NCBI GenBank assembly: GCA_026396385.1
Contig: JAPLWV010000051.1
Location: 26,143-90,142, forward strand
Origin: Candidatus Micrarchaeota archaeon
Lineage (GTDB): Archaea; Micrarchaeota; Micrarchaeia; Burarchaeales; Fermentimicrarchaeaceae
Direction: 5' to 3'
Length of the DNA: 64,000 bases
Below, in pieces: positions 1-7,885 of this stretch; position 1 is the first letter of the stretch; every line of letters begins with the position of its first letter. The position numbers and the translations under genes were made by a program. The notes under the pieces were generated by a model that searched no databases, had not been told where the DNA came from, and saw only the letters and a program-made list of their open reading frames with translations.

Positions 1-286
1 CCTCTCCGTGGACAAGCTCCCTCCCTTTTACCAGAAGGGGACCCATAAGCTTTCTATGAGAGGATATTCTGTAAGTCTTGTTTTCTACATCCCAATTCGC
101 GTTGATTGACGCTAACTCCCGTTCTAGACTGAAGGGAGGCTCTTTGGTATCCATCCTCTCTAAAACTTCAGCATCAATTACTTCATGCTCTTTTCTTCTT
201 TTTCTTATATTCTCTCTTATTTTTTTCATTATTTCACTAACGTCTATTTCCTTATCACGGATTTCAATATAATTTTCCTTACTCAT
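1..286 (-). CDS. hypothetical protein, N-terminal part only (gene runs off the window start)
   Basis: Uninterrupted minus-strand frame from ATG (plus-strand cat at 284-286) to position 1: MSKENYIEIRDKEIDVSEIMKKIRENIRKRREEHEVIDAEVLERMDTKEPPF... It lies 9 bp downstream of the wzt-like gene on the same strand, so it is probably the same operon. No motif recognised. Confidence 0.4.
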   Translation of the reverse strand, partial: MSKENYIEIRDKEIDVSEIMKKIRENIRKRRKEHEVIDAEVLERMDTKEPPFSLERELASINANWDVENKTYRISSHRKLMGPLLVKGRELVHGE

Positions 287-294
287 ATATTCAC

Positions 295-1485
295 CTATGG
301 TCCAAGTTCCCACTTGCAAGGTATTTCAAACATACCTGCGTCATTATTTTTTTTCGTAACATTAAATGAAAATTGCTTGTCAAGCCAGTCGTACGGAACA
401 TGCTCTTTGCTATGAACCGCCACTGTCAGTAGATATTTACCTTCATGCATGGTAAGCTTGTCGATATCGAGTTCTATATTGCCTGCTCCCTTAATTTTTT
501 TAATATCAATTCCTTTTAAATCGGTGTTGGTTCCGTAGCATTGTACATGATTATCGGTGTATAACGCCATACCAAAAACTGGATTTTCAACTTCTTTTGC
601 AGCAAAATATGAAATCCTGATCTTCATCGGGTCCCCTGAGACAAAATTGTAGCTCTCCTTTCCAAATTTATCATAGAACTTAACGTCTTTTATTACAACT
701 CTGCCATCCCCCCAGCGTGTTTTCTTCCCCTGCGTAGGCTGCGCAGTTTTGTCTATTCCATATACGTATCTGTCAATGACTTCCTCTGCCCCACCCAAAG
801 CCACTTGCTCGCCCTTATGCAGGAGCAGCACCCTGTTGCAGTATTTCCTAATTGCGCCCAAGTCGTGAGACACTATGAGAAGGGTGACTCCCCTCTTCTT
901 GAATTCTATGAATTTTTCGGTACATTTCTGCTGAAACTCAAGGTCTCCAACAGCAAGCACTTCATCAACAAGCAGTATATCGGGATTGGTCTGGATTGCG
1001 GTTGAAAAAGCCAGCCTAACCTGCATACCCGAGGACAGATTCTTTAATTTTGTGTCTATAAATTTCTTTAATCCAGCGAACTCAATGATATCATTGAATT
1101 TCTTGTCTATCTGTTTATCACTCAAACCCATGAACGCTCCGTAGAGGTATACATTTTCTCTTGCAGTTAAATCAGACTGGAATCCTACACCCAGTTCAAG
1201 AAATGAGGTGAGTTTTCCATTTACTTTCACTTCTCCTTTCGTCGGCCTGAGAACATTTGTTATAATGTTGAGTAGAGTGCTTTTTCCGCTCCCATTCTCC
1301 CCAATCACCCCAACAGATTCGCCTTTTGCAACCGAGAGGTTTATCCCCTTGAGCGCCCAGAACTCCTCGTAAGAAATTTTCTTGTTTATGCTGGCGATAG
1401 TCTCGAATACCGTGGTTTTCTTCTCATGCGGGACTATAAACTTCTTCGAGAGGTTTATTACCTCCACTGCATTTTCAATTTTCAA
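295..1485 (-). CDS. ABC transporter ATP-binding protein, Wzt/TagH-like polysaccharide exporter ATPase with C-terminal extra (glycan-binding-type) domain
   Basis: Walker A GENGSGKST, ABC signature LSSGMQVRL, Walker B LLVDEVLAVGD, H-loop SHD. About 150 aa extend beyond the NBD, as in Wzt/TagH. The ORF track starts at TTG 1515; I prefer TTG at 1485, which sits 2 nt after the wzm stop with GGAGGAAG 6 nt upstream. Confidence 0.8.
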   Translation of the reverse strand: MKIENAVEVINLSKKFIVPHEKKTTVFETIASINKKISYEEFWALKGINLSVAKGESVGVIGENGSGKSTLLNIITNVLRPTKGEVKVNGKLTSFLELGVGFQSDLTARENVYLYGAFMGLSDKQIDKKFNDIIEFAGLKKFIDTKLKNLSSGMQVRLAFSTAIQTNPDILLVDEVLAVGDLEFQQKCTEKFIEFKKRGVTLLIVSHDLGAIRKYCNRVLLLHKGEQVALGGAEEVIDRYVYGIDKTAQPTQGKKTRWGDGRVVIKDVKFYDKFGKESYNFVSGDPMKIRISYFAAKEVENPVFGMALYTDNHVQCYGTNTDLKGIDIKKIKGAGNIELDIDKLTMHEGKYLLTVAVHSKEHVPYDWLDKQFSFNVTKKNNDAGMFEIPCKWELGP

Positions 1486-1486
1486 G

Positions 1487-2251
1487 CTAAACTTCCTCCG
1501 CAAACCTGGGTTCAAGTTTCATGAATATGAAATAACCTGCTAGTAAGGCCACGAAGGCAGTAACGTAGATGATTAGAATATCAGTAATGTTTGGCATTAT
1601 GTTGTATATCACTGTCTTTCTTGATGCTTCTATGATTCGTGCCATCGGATTGAGCAAGAACCAGCCTACATACTGCGGGGGGTATATGATCACTGGATAG
1701 ATGACTGGAGTTAGGAAGAAGCCTGCCCGCAGAAGAACTGCCCAGATGTACTGAACATCTTTGTAGTATACGTTCAGAGCGGATAGCGCAAGTGACAGGC
1801 CGACAACGATGACGAACTCGCCGAGTAATATGAATGGGAATATGAGTGCCGTTATGGGGGGGATGACCCCGAATAGGAGCATGAACAATAGGAAGACTAC
1901 AAGCTCAAAAAATACCATCAGCAGCGCTGTGGAACACATGCCAACAACAAGAACTTCCCTCGGAAAATAGACTTTCTTAATGAGGGTTGGTTTACTCGTA
2001 ATGCTATAAAGGCCCATCATGGTTCCTTTTTCCAAAAGGTCCCAGCAGATGATTCCGAGGAACAGGAAGAGTTGGTAATGCTCAACATTGAGCTTCATGA
2101 GGTAAGAGAATACGAAGTAAAGCACAATGAAGATGAGGAGAGGTTCTAGCAGTGACCAGAGCAAGCCGAGCACTGAATTCTTGTACCGGAGCTTCAGCTC
2201 GCTCAATGCTATTTTCTTAACAAGGTGCCTGTAGTTCCATATCTCAATCAT
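1487..2251 (-). CDS. ABC-2 type polysaccharide export permease (Wzm/TagG-like)
   Basis: Six hydrophobic segments. The N-terminus MIEIWNYRHLVKKIALSELKLRYKNSVLGLLW matches the ABC-2 family signature. The start ATG at 2251 overlaps the upstream GT4 stop as ATGA. The longer ORF to 2320 is probably an artefact. Confidence 0.8.
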   Translation of the reverse strand: MIEIWNYRHLVKKIALSELKLRYKNSVLGLLWSLLEPLLIFIVLYFVFSYLMKLNVEHYQLFLFLGIICWDLLEKGTMMGLYSITSKPTLIKKVYFPREVLVVGMCSTALLMVFFELVVFLLFMLLFGVIPPITALIFPFILLGEFVIVVGLSLALSALNVYYKDVQYIWAVLLRAGFFLTPVIYPVIIYPPQYVGWFLLNPMARIIEASRKTVIYNIMPNITDILIIYVTAFVALLAGYFIFMKLEPRFAEEV

Positions 2252-3333
2252 GCGGATATCTCCTCTTTGATTTTCTTTATAAATATCTCCTCTCGGAAGA
2301 GCTTTGCCCTTTCCTCGCATGCTTTTCTGTACTTTAGAGGATTCTTAGATACTTTCACTATCCCTTTTATTATATCTTTGATATCAGGTTTGACTAATTC
2401 ACCCGTAACCCCTGGCTCTACAGTTTCCAGGTAACCCCCTTCCGCAACTGCCACAACCGGCTTTCCGGCGGCCATTGCCTCGATTGGCGTTAAGCCGAAA
2501 TCCTCATCCATTGCCGTAACTATGAGACCTTTGCACGTGGAGTAGAGCTCTGCCAGCTTCTTGTCATCAACAGGCCCAAGCATTTTGATGTTAGATGGGA
2601 GTGCGGTGAACCTGCTCTGGTACGCCTCCGCATGGTCCCCAGCACTATATCCCCCAATTATCAGAAGCTTCTCTTTGGGCAACCTCCTGAAGGCTTCCAC
2701 CTGCAGTTCAATTCTTTTCTCAGGGTAGAGTCTGTTCACTGAAAGCCAGAAATCGCCGCTTTTCCTGAATTTGTACCTGCCAATCTGGACGGAGGGATGA
2801 ACCACCTTAGCGCCACGCCCATAGAACTTTCTCACTCTTTTCATGGTGTTTTCACTGTTTGTTATTATTTTTTTTACGTTCCTCACTGAGAGCTTATCGA
2901 AATAGGAGTGGATGCCGACCCATAGTAGGAAGAGAAGTTTAAAAAGCAGGTTGGGCTGCCTGTCCGCCATGGTATCCTTCAAATCGTAGAACGCCCTTAC
3001 CGGAGTGTGGCAGTACCACGTATTAGGTTTGTGCCTCCGTGCAGCATAGTGCGCCCAGTTACCGCTGAAAATAAAGAAATCATATTTTTCTGAAAAATTA
3101 CAAAATGCGAATAGTAGTGAGGCGTGAATCTGCTTTAGGGGCGGTATTTTCAGTGTCCCGCCCAGGCTTATAACACGCACATCCCCAAACCCCATCTTCC
3201 TTATTGAATCCTCATTGGCATCAGTGGTTATGACATCTGCACGCAAAGCTCTGGCCAGAGTGAGGACTGTCTTTTCCCCTCCCCCAATTGCATCTATGTA
3301 GTCATGAAATATCGCTATTCTCATCTTAGGCAC
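2248..3333 (-). CDS. glycosyltransferase family 4 (GT-B, retaining)
   Basis: C-terminal E-x7-E type motif region DEDFGLTPIEAMAAGKPVVAV, typical of the GT4 / group 1 family. Confidence 0.8.
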   Translation of the reverse strand: MPKMRIAIFHDYIDAIGGGEKTVLTLARALRADVITTDANEDSIRKMGFGDVRVISLGGTLKIPPLKQIHASLLFAFCNFSEKYDFFIFSGNWAHYAARRHKPNTWYCHTPVRAFYDLKDTMADRQPNLLFKLLFLLWVGIHSYFDKLSVRNVKKIITNSENTMKRVRKFYGRGAKVVHPSVQIGRYKFRKSGDFWLSVNRLYPEKRIELQVEAFRRLPKEKLLIIGGYSAGDHAEAYQSRFTALPSNIKMLGPVDDKKLAELYSTCKGLIVTAMDEDFGLTPIEAMAAGKPVVAVAEGGYLETVEPGVTGELVKPDIKDIIKGIVKVSKNPLKYRKACEERAKLFREEIFIKKIKEEISA

Positions 3334-4432
3334 GGTAAACTTCCTCCAACCTCTTAGCTATACTGCTCCATTTGTATTCATCAGGTTTAATTTTCACCTT
3401 CATCCCAAACAGCTGTTCTATTCCGTCCGCTATAGCTTTATCAGCTAGTTTTACAACTTTTCCATTGACTCCGTCTTTCACAAAGTCTTTAACCGCATTG
3501 TCGTCACTATCAACTGTCAGAACGGGAACTCCGCAGGCATTTGCTTCCAAAGCAACCATGCCAAAGCCCTCTCTGCTGGATGGCAGGGCGAGCACTTTGC
3601 TGGATTTTATGTATGAAAAAACCTTCTCATGGGCCGGGAGGAAGTTATAGAAATTTATATTGTTTTTTATTTTTAGAGAAGATACAAGATTGACAAGGTT
3701 TGATTTCTCTGGGCCTTCTCCAATTACGCAGCACCTTATTTTCGGATGTTTTGTTCTCAAAAGCGCAACAGCTCTCAGGAGCACATCAACATTTTTTTCT
3801 TTTATCAGCCTCCCTATGAAGATTACATCGAAATTCTTTTCTAGGGGCTTTGCCTTCTTCAATGATTCATAATCCACTCCGTTTGGAAACACAGGTATCT
3901 TCTTGTCCACTTTTCTCATAATCTTTCTTCTCGTAAATTCAGATACGGATATTATGTTGCTTGAGAGCGTAAGAGCCAGCCTTTCTACAATTTTCCCGCA
4001 AAACCCAAGAGGCCATCCCAGGTATTCATACCAGTAATCGCCCCATAGCTCGTACCAAGTTACGAACAGTTTAGACCCTTTTATTTTTGATACGATTTTG
4101 CATGAGAAAACCGGGAAATAGGGGAAACTCTGGCAGTTTATAACATCGAATCTACCTTCCTTTAGCAAAGCTGGAATTAAGGCTAGGGAGAAATGGATTG
4201 GTTTTAGTATAGAACGCCTTCCGCTGGCGGTGTAGAGTGGAGCAGGGCTGCATACGCCGTGCAGGTAAACTCCTTCTCTCTCTATGATATCCGGACCCTT
4301 CCAGAATTTAATTCCAAAGCAGTGAACCTCATGACAGTGGGAACTAAGCTCCTTTGAGATTTCATATATTCCGATCTCCACCCCTCCCTTTGTATATGGA
4401 TAAACTGCATCGTACACAAACGCTATCCTCAT
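3326..4432 (-). CDS. glycosyltransferase family 4
   Basis: REGFGMVALEANACGVPVLTVD motif. 8-bp overlap with the downstream GT4, consistent with an operon. Confidence 0.8.
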   Translation of the reverse strand: MRIAFVYDAVYPYTKGGVEIGIYEISKELSSHCHEVHCFGIKFWKGPDIIEREGVYLHGVCSPAPLYTASGRRSILKPIHFSLALIPALLKEGRFDVINCQSFPYFPVFSCKIVSKIKGSKLFVTWYELWGDYWYEYLGWPLGFCGKIVERLALTLSSNIISVSEFTRRKIMRKVDKKIPVFPNGVDYESLKKAKPLEKNFDVIFIGRLIKEKNVDVLLRAVALLRTKHPKIRCCVIGEGPEKSNLVNLVSSLKIKNNINFYNFLPAHEKVFSYIKSSKVLALPSSREGFGMVALEANACGVPVLTVDSDDNAVKDFVKDGVNGKVVKLADKAIADGIEQLFGMKVKIKPDEYKWSSIAKRLEEVYRA

Positions 4433-4442
4433 TCCATCCCCC

Positions 4443-5594
4443 TCATTCCTTCTTCGGAAGGACCAATATGCTTAGGAAGAATGCAGAGAAGATTGCCTGC
4501 ACGCCGAGAATTATAAGAGTTGACGAGAAGAGCGCCCTCCGCACTTCAAAAAGCGGTCCGAAGTTGCTGAGCACCCATAAATAGATTATGTCAAAACTTA
4601 GTATTACTCCCAGAACTATCATCATAATTCCCAGGAAAGAAGCTTTCTCCAGAGAGAGGTGCTTGTAGATAAATTCGATTAGCTTATCCTCTTCTTCTAA
4701 GTGGGATACAACAGCGTAGGTTTTTGTGAAGAGCCCCATTATCAGAACCTGAAAGCCGACTATGGCAAGAAGGCTTGCTATAATCATGGGGTGTAAATCA
4801 AGTGTAGTGCCAGCTATGGTCACGGGGCCTGGCACAAGGGCTAAGAGAAGGACTAAAGCGACTATGAACATGAGAGTGCCGGGTATTATGAAAAGGTAAT
4901 CCGGCGAGTACAGGAGCATAAACCTCAGATGCCTCCATCCATCGCTGAAGGAGGAGAGCTTTGACTGGGCTTTTCTTGGGTGGTATGTTATTGGAACCTC
5001 AGCTATTCTCAGCTTCTTCTTCACTGCCTTGACAATCATCTCAGAGGCGAATTCCATTCCCGTTGCATGCAAATCCAGCTTTTCAAAAGCATCCCTTCTT
5101 ATTGCTCGGAAGCCCGTGTGGACATCGCTTATGCTGGCACCAAAGAATGTGTTCAGGATGAAGGAGAGCAATGGATTGCCGATGTACCTGTGAAGCCACG
5201 GCATGGAATTAGGAAGAATTCTGCCCTTCACGCGGGAGCCTAGCACCAAATCCGCCTTGTTCTCGCGAAGGAACTTTATGAATCTAGGTATTTCGTGGAA
5301 ATCATATGTATCATCCGCATCACCCATTAGGATGTATTCTCCTTTCGCTGCCTCAAAGCCAGCCATGTATGCACTACCGTACCCTTCAGTGGGGGATTTA
5401 ACTACCTTCACTCCCATTCTCCTAGCTATTTCCGGCGTTTTATCCGTAGAAGAATCCGCGACAATTATCTCTCCTTTTATGTTTTCCCTTCTGAAAACCT
5501 CCACAATCTTACTTATGCAGTCTGCTATTGTGGTCTCCTCATTCTTGGCCGGCAATATCACGGAGAACTCAATTGTGTTTCCCAATCTTATCAC
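4443..5594 (-). CDS. GT2 glycosyltransferase of Dol-P-sugar synthase type (DPM1/AglJ/AglD-like) with C-terminal transmembrane anchor
   Basis: N-terminal GT-A motifs VILPAKNEETTI, DSSTDKT and DADDTY (DxD), followed by about 4 TM helices. Confidence 0.75.
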   Translation of the reverse strand: MIRLGNTIEFSVILPAKNEETTIADCISKIVEVFRRENIKGEIIVADSSTDKTPEIARRMGVKVVKSPTEGYGSAYMAGFEAAKGEYILMGDADDTYDFHEIPRFIKFLRENKADLVLGSRVKGRILPNSMPWLHRYIGNPLLSFILNTFFGASISDVHTGFRAIRRDAFEKLDLHATGMEFASEMIVKAVKKKLRIAEVPITYHPRKAQSKLSSFSDGWRHLRFMLLYSPDYLFIIPGTLMFIVALVLLLALVPGPVTIAGTTLDLHPMIIASLLAIVGFQVLIMGLFTKTYAVVSHLEEEDKLIEFIYKHLSLEKASFLGIMMIVLGVILSFDIIYLWVLSNFGPLFEVRRALFSSTLIILGVQAIFSAFFLSILVLPKKE

Positions 5595-5628
5595 GTTTAT
5601 ATATTGTTACTTAAATTTATAATCTGGT

Positions 5629-7875
5629 CTATGTTCTAACGAAGGATATTTCTATTTTCTCTATGAGCACACCAAGAGTCCGGAGGTCTGCTGTAAAGTT
5701 AGAGTAGTCCGCGGGCACCCACGTGTTGCTGTAAAATGAAAGTGTGGTGAGTTGGTGGGATTTGTATTTTTTCACATCAAAATGCAACTCTTCAAACTGA
5801 GTCTTGTTCAGGGTTAGATTTTCGAGTTGTAAATCGTTTATCTGGATTGTGAAGTTCAACTGGACTTCCTTCGGGCTACGATCTGCGAGCGTGATGTTGA
5901 TGTCCTTTACCACCCATCTCCCCGGTAGGCTTATGGATGCGTTTCCGTTTGTCCATCTGGATTTTCTACCCCCGACATTTTCAAGGTCATGAAAGCCCGT
6001 TGCCGAGAACAAATCGAGAGAATCACTCATTTCTATTGTAATTGCAGAGCAGTTCTCCCCGCATAGTATCGACTCGTCATGGTATCCACTCACAACCACG
6101 AAAGTTTCATTATCCTTTTTTTCAGTTACGTTATACTCAAAGAATGGGTATATATTCTTCTTTATCCAATTCGCCCACTCGGGATGCCAATCCATACTGT
6201 GCAGGTAGATTGTTCTGTTGTTCTGGAGTCCGTAATCCATAACTGCAAATACGGAAGATTTACTATCTATATGTGCCGCAGCAATCCAAACATCCTTAGA
6301 TGCTTTCAAGGGCACCATTCTAAATGCGCTTGGTCCATATGAGATGATTACGCTTCTGCCATCAATGATTGAATCCGCCTTCGTTAATAAGTTGAGCGCA
6401 AGCGAACGGACAGAACTTTCATAGATAGAAAATTCAAATACGTAGTTTATTAGGAAAGAGACAGGTATGGATAGTAAGACGATTAATAGCAGTAGTATTG
6501 CGACGTATCTCCCCAACTCACGCCTCTTTGTTAACAAGAAAATTATGGAGAGGAGAGAAATCGATATGGCGAACAAAGTTAGCTCTTCTAGCACGTGCGC
6601 TTCCGAATCTCTGAAATCGTTGTACCAGTCTTGCATGTACGGAGGAAGCAGATTTAGGAAAAGGATTCCGCTTATGAGGATAACGGCAAATGTGGAGTTC
6701 TGCATTCTCGGAAAATTGAGGTTAATAAGTTTATTTGATACTCTAATTATTTCAGCCAAGGATATCACGGACAATACCACTAGTGGTGGAATCGCCTCAA
6801 GGAGATAGCGAGTGTTGTGGATTGGTCCTCCGTGGTGCGTGTGGGTGGTGTAATATAAAATCTGCATTATGGGTATCCCGCATAGGACGAGAAGGTAATC
6901 GAATTTCTTATCCTCCCACAGCTTATTAGCACCAATGAGGCATATTGAGAGGAAGGGGGATGACTGTAGAAGGGCTTTTGTTAGACCGTCAGCATACACT
7001 GTTGATTGCATAGCTATCCCATCCACATTTGTGAATGATTGCGTGTCGAATATGTATTTGTAGAGGATTTGTAGGTGCATCAGAATTCCACTGAAAAAAC
7101 CATGAGAGTATACCCCGATTGCGGTTTCACTATTTACGTAGGAGGGAGTGTAGCCTGTAGAGAATGGATTTCCGAAACGTATTATGTTCGATATTGCGAG
7201 CAGGAAAAGGGCAGGTAAGGTGGAGAGGAAGGAAATCAGGGATTTGTAATTCTTCGCTATAACTAGGATTATGAGGGGTAAGAAAAACATGGCATTTGTG
7301 TACCTTATTCCGATTGAGAGAGCCAGTATGAATGCAGAGATGGCCGTGTCCCAGTACGTGACTCTCTCTTTAAGCAATAAGTAGAACGGCGCTAAAACTA
7401 AGAGAGCGGACAGCATGTGCGGCCATATGGCAGTTGCATATTGCGGGGAGAATGTGCAGAAAGAGAATATTAGAATCGCAGCTATCCCCCACCGGTCTCG
7501 GTACTTCAGCCCGTGCATAACTGAATAAATAATCCAAAGAATCGCAGAGAACGAGAGGGTATTCAGGAGGAAAAGCCCGCGTAGACCGAATAATGCAAAG
7601 AATGGATAGGCCATGAATCCATAGTTGCCGGGGAATGAGGGGTAAAGATTATCGTTGTTTGTCCACCAAGGGAATATATATATGCTTCTGAATTTCAGTG
7701 CTGGATAGCCATTCTCGACGTTGAATCCCTGTGGCAATTGACTGGCCTGGAGAAAGTAGCTTGCCTCATCAATCATGTATAAGCCAGGAACGGTTTTTAT
7801 TACGAATAGCAATGTGATGGCGAGGATTAGGAATTTTATGCGAAAGTCTATTTTCTTAGTTTCTTGCAGACGCAT
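5629..7875 (-). CDS. polytopic GT-C superfamily glycosyltransferase, PMT_2 / GT39-GT83-like (748 aa)
   Basis: At least 12 predicted TM helices. The first extracytoplasmic loop carries YMIDEASY (the DE motif of PMT/ArnT-type GT-C enzymes). About 270 aa of C-terminal soluble domain. Confidence 0.6.
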   Translation of the reverse strand: MRLQETKKIDFRIKFLILAITLLFVIKTVPGLYMIDEASYFLQASQLPQGFNVENGYPALKFRSIYIFPWWTNNDNLYPSFPGNYGFMAYPFFALFGLRGLFLLNTLSFSAILWIIYSVMHGLKYRDRWGIAAILIFSFCTFSPQYATAIWPHMLSALLVLAPFYLLLKERVTYWDTAISAFILALSIGIRYTNAMFFLPLIILVIAKNYKSLISFLSTLPALFLLAISNIIRFGNPFSTGYTPSYVNSETAIGVYSHGFFSGILMHLQILYKYIFDTQSFTNVDGIAMQSTVYADGLTKALLQSSPFLSICLIGANKLWEDKKFDYLLVLCGIPIMQILYYTTHTHHGGPIHNTRYLLEAIPPLVVLSVISLAEIIRVSNKLINLNFPRMQNSTFAVILISGILFLNLLPPYMQDWYNDFRDSEAHVLEELTLFAISISLLSIIFLLTKRRELGRYVAILLLLIVLLSIPVSFLINYVFEFSIYESSVRSLALNLLTKADSIIDGRSVIISYGPSAFRMVPLKASKDVWIAAAHIDSKSSVFAVMDYGLQNNRTIYLHSMDWHPEWANWIKKNIYPFFEYNVTEKKDNETFVVVSGYHDESILCGENCSAITIEMSDSLDLFSATGFHDLENVGGRKSRWTNGNASISLPGRWVVKDINITLADRSPKEVQLNFTIQINDLQLENLTLNKTQFEELHFDVKKYKSHQLTTLSFYSNTWVPADYSNFTADLRTLGVLIEKIEISFVRT

Positions 7876-7885
7876 CGTATCTCCC

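Noticed and set aside
78-415. Plus-strand ORFs 78-272 and 185-415 with low-complexity Ser/Leu/Phe-rich translations
   Set aside because: They are antisense to a continuous minus-strand gene frame (1-286) and to the wzt-like gene, and consist of repetitive hydrophobic residues. Treated as shadow ORFs.
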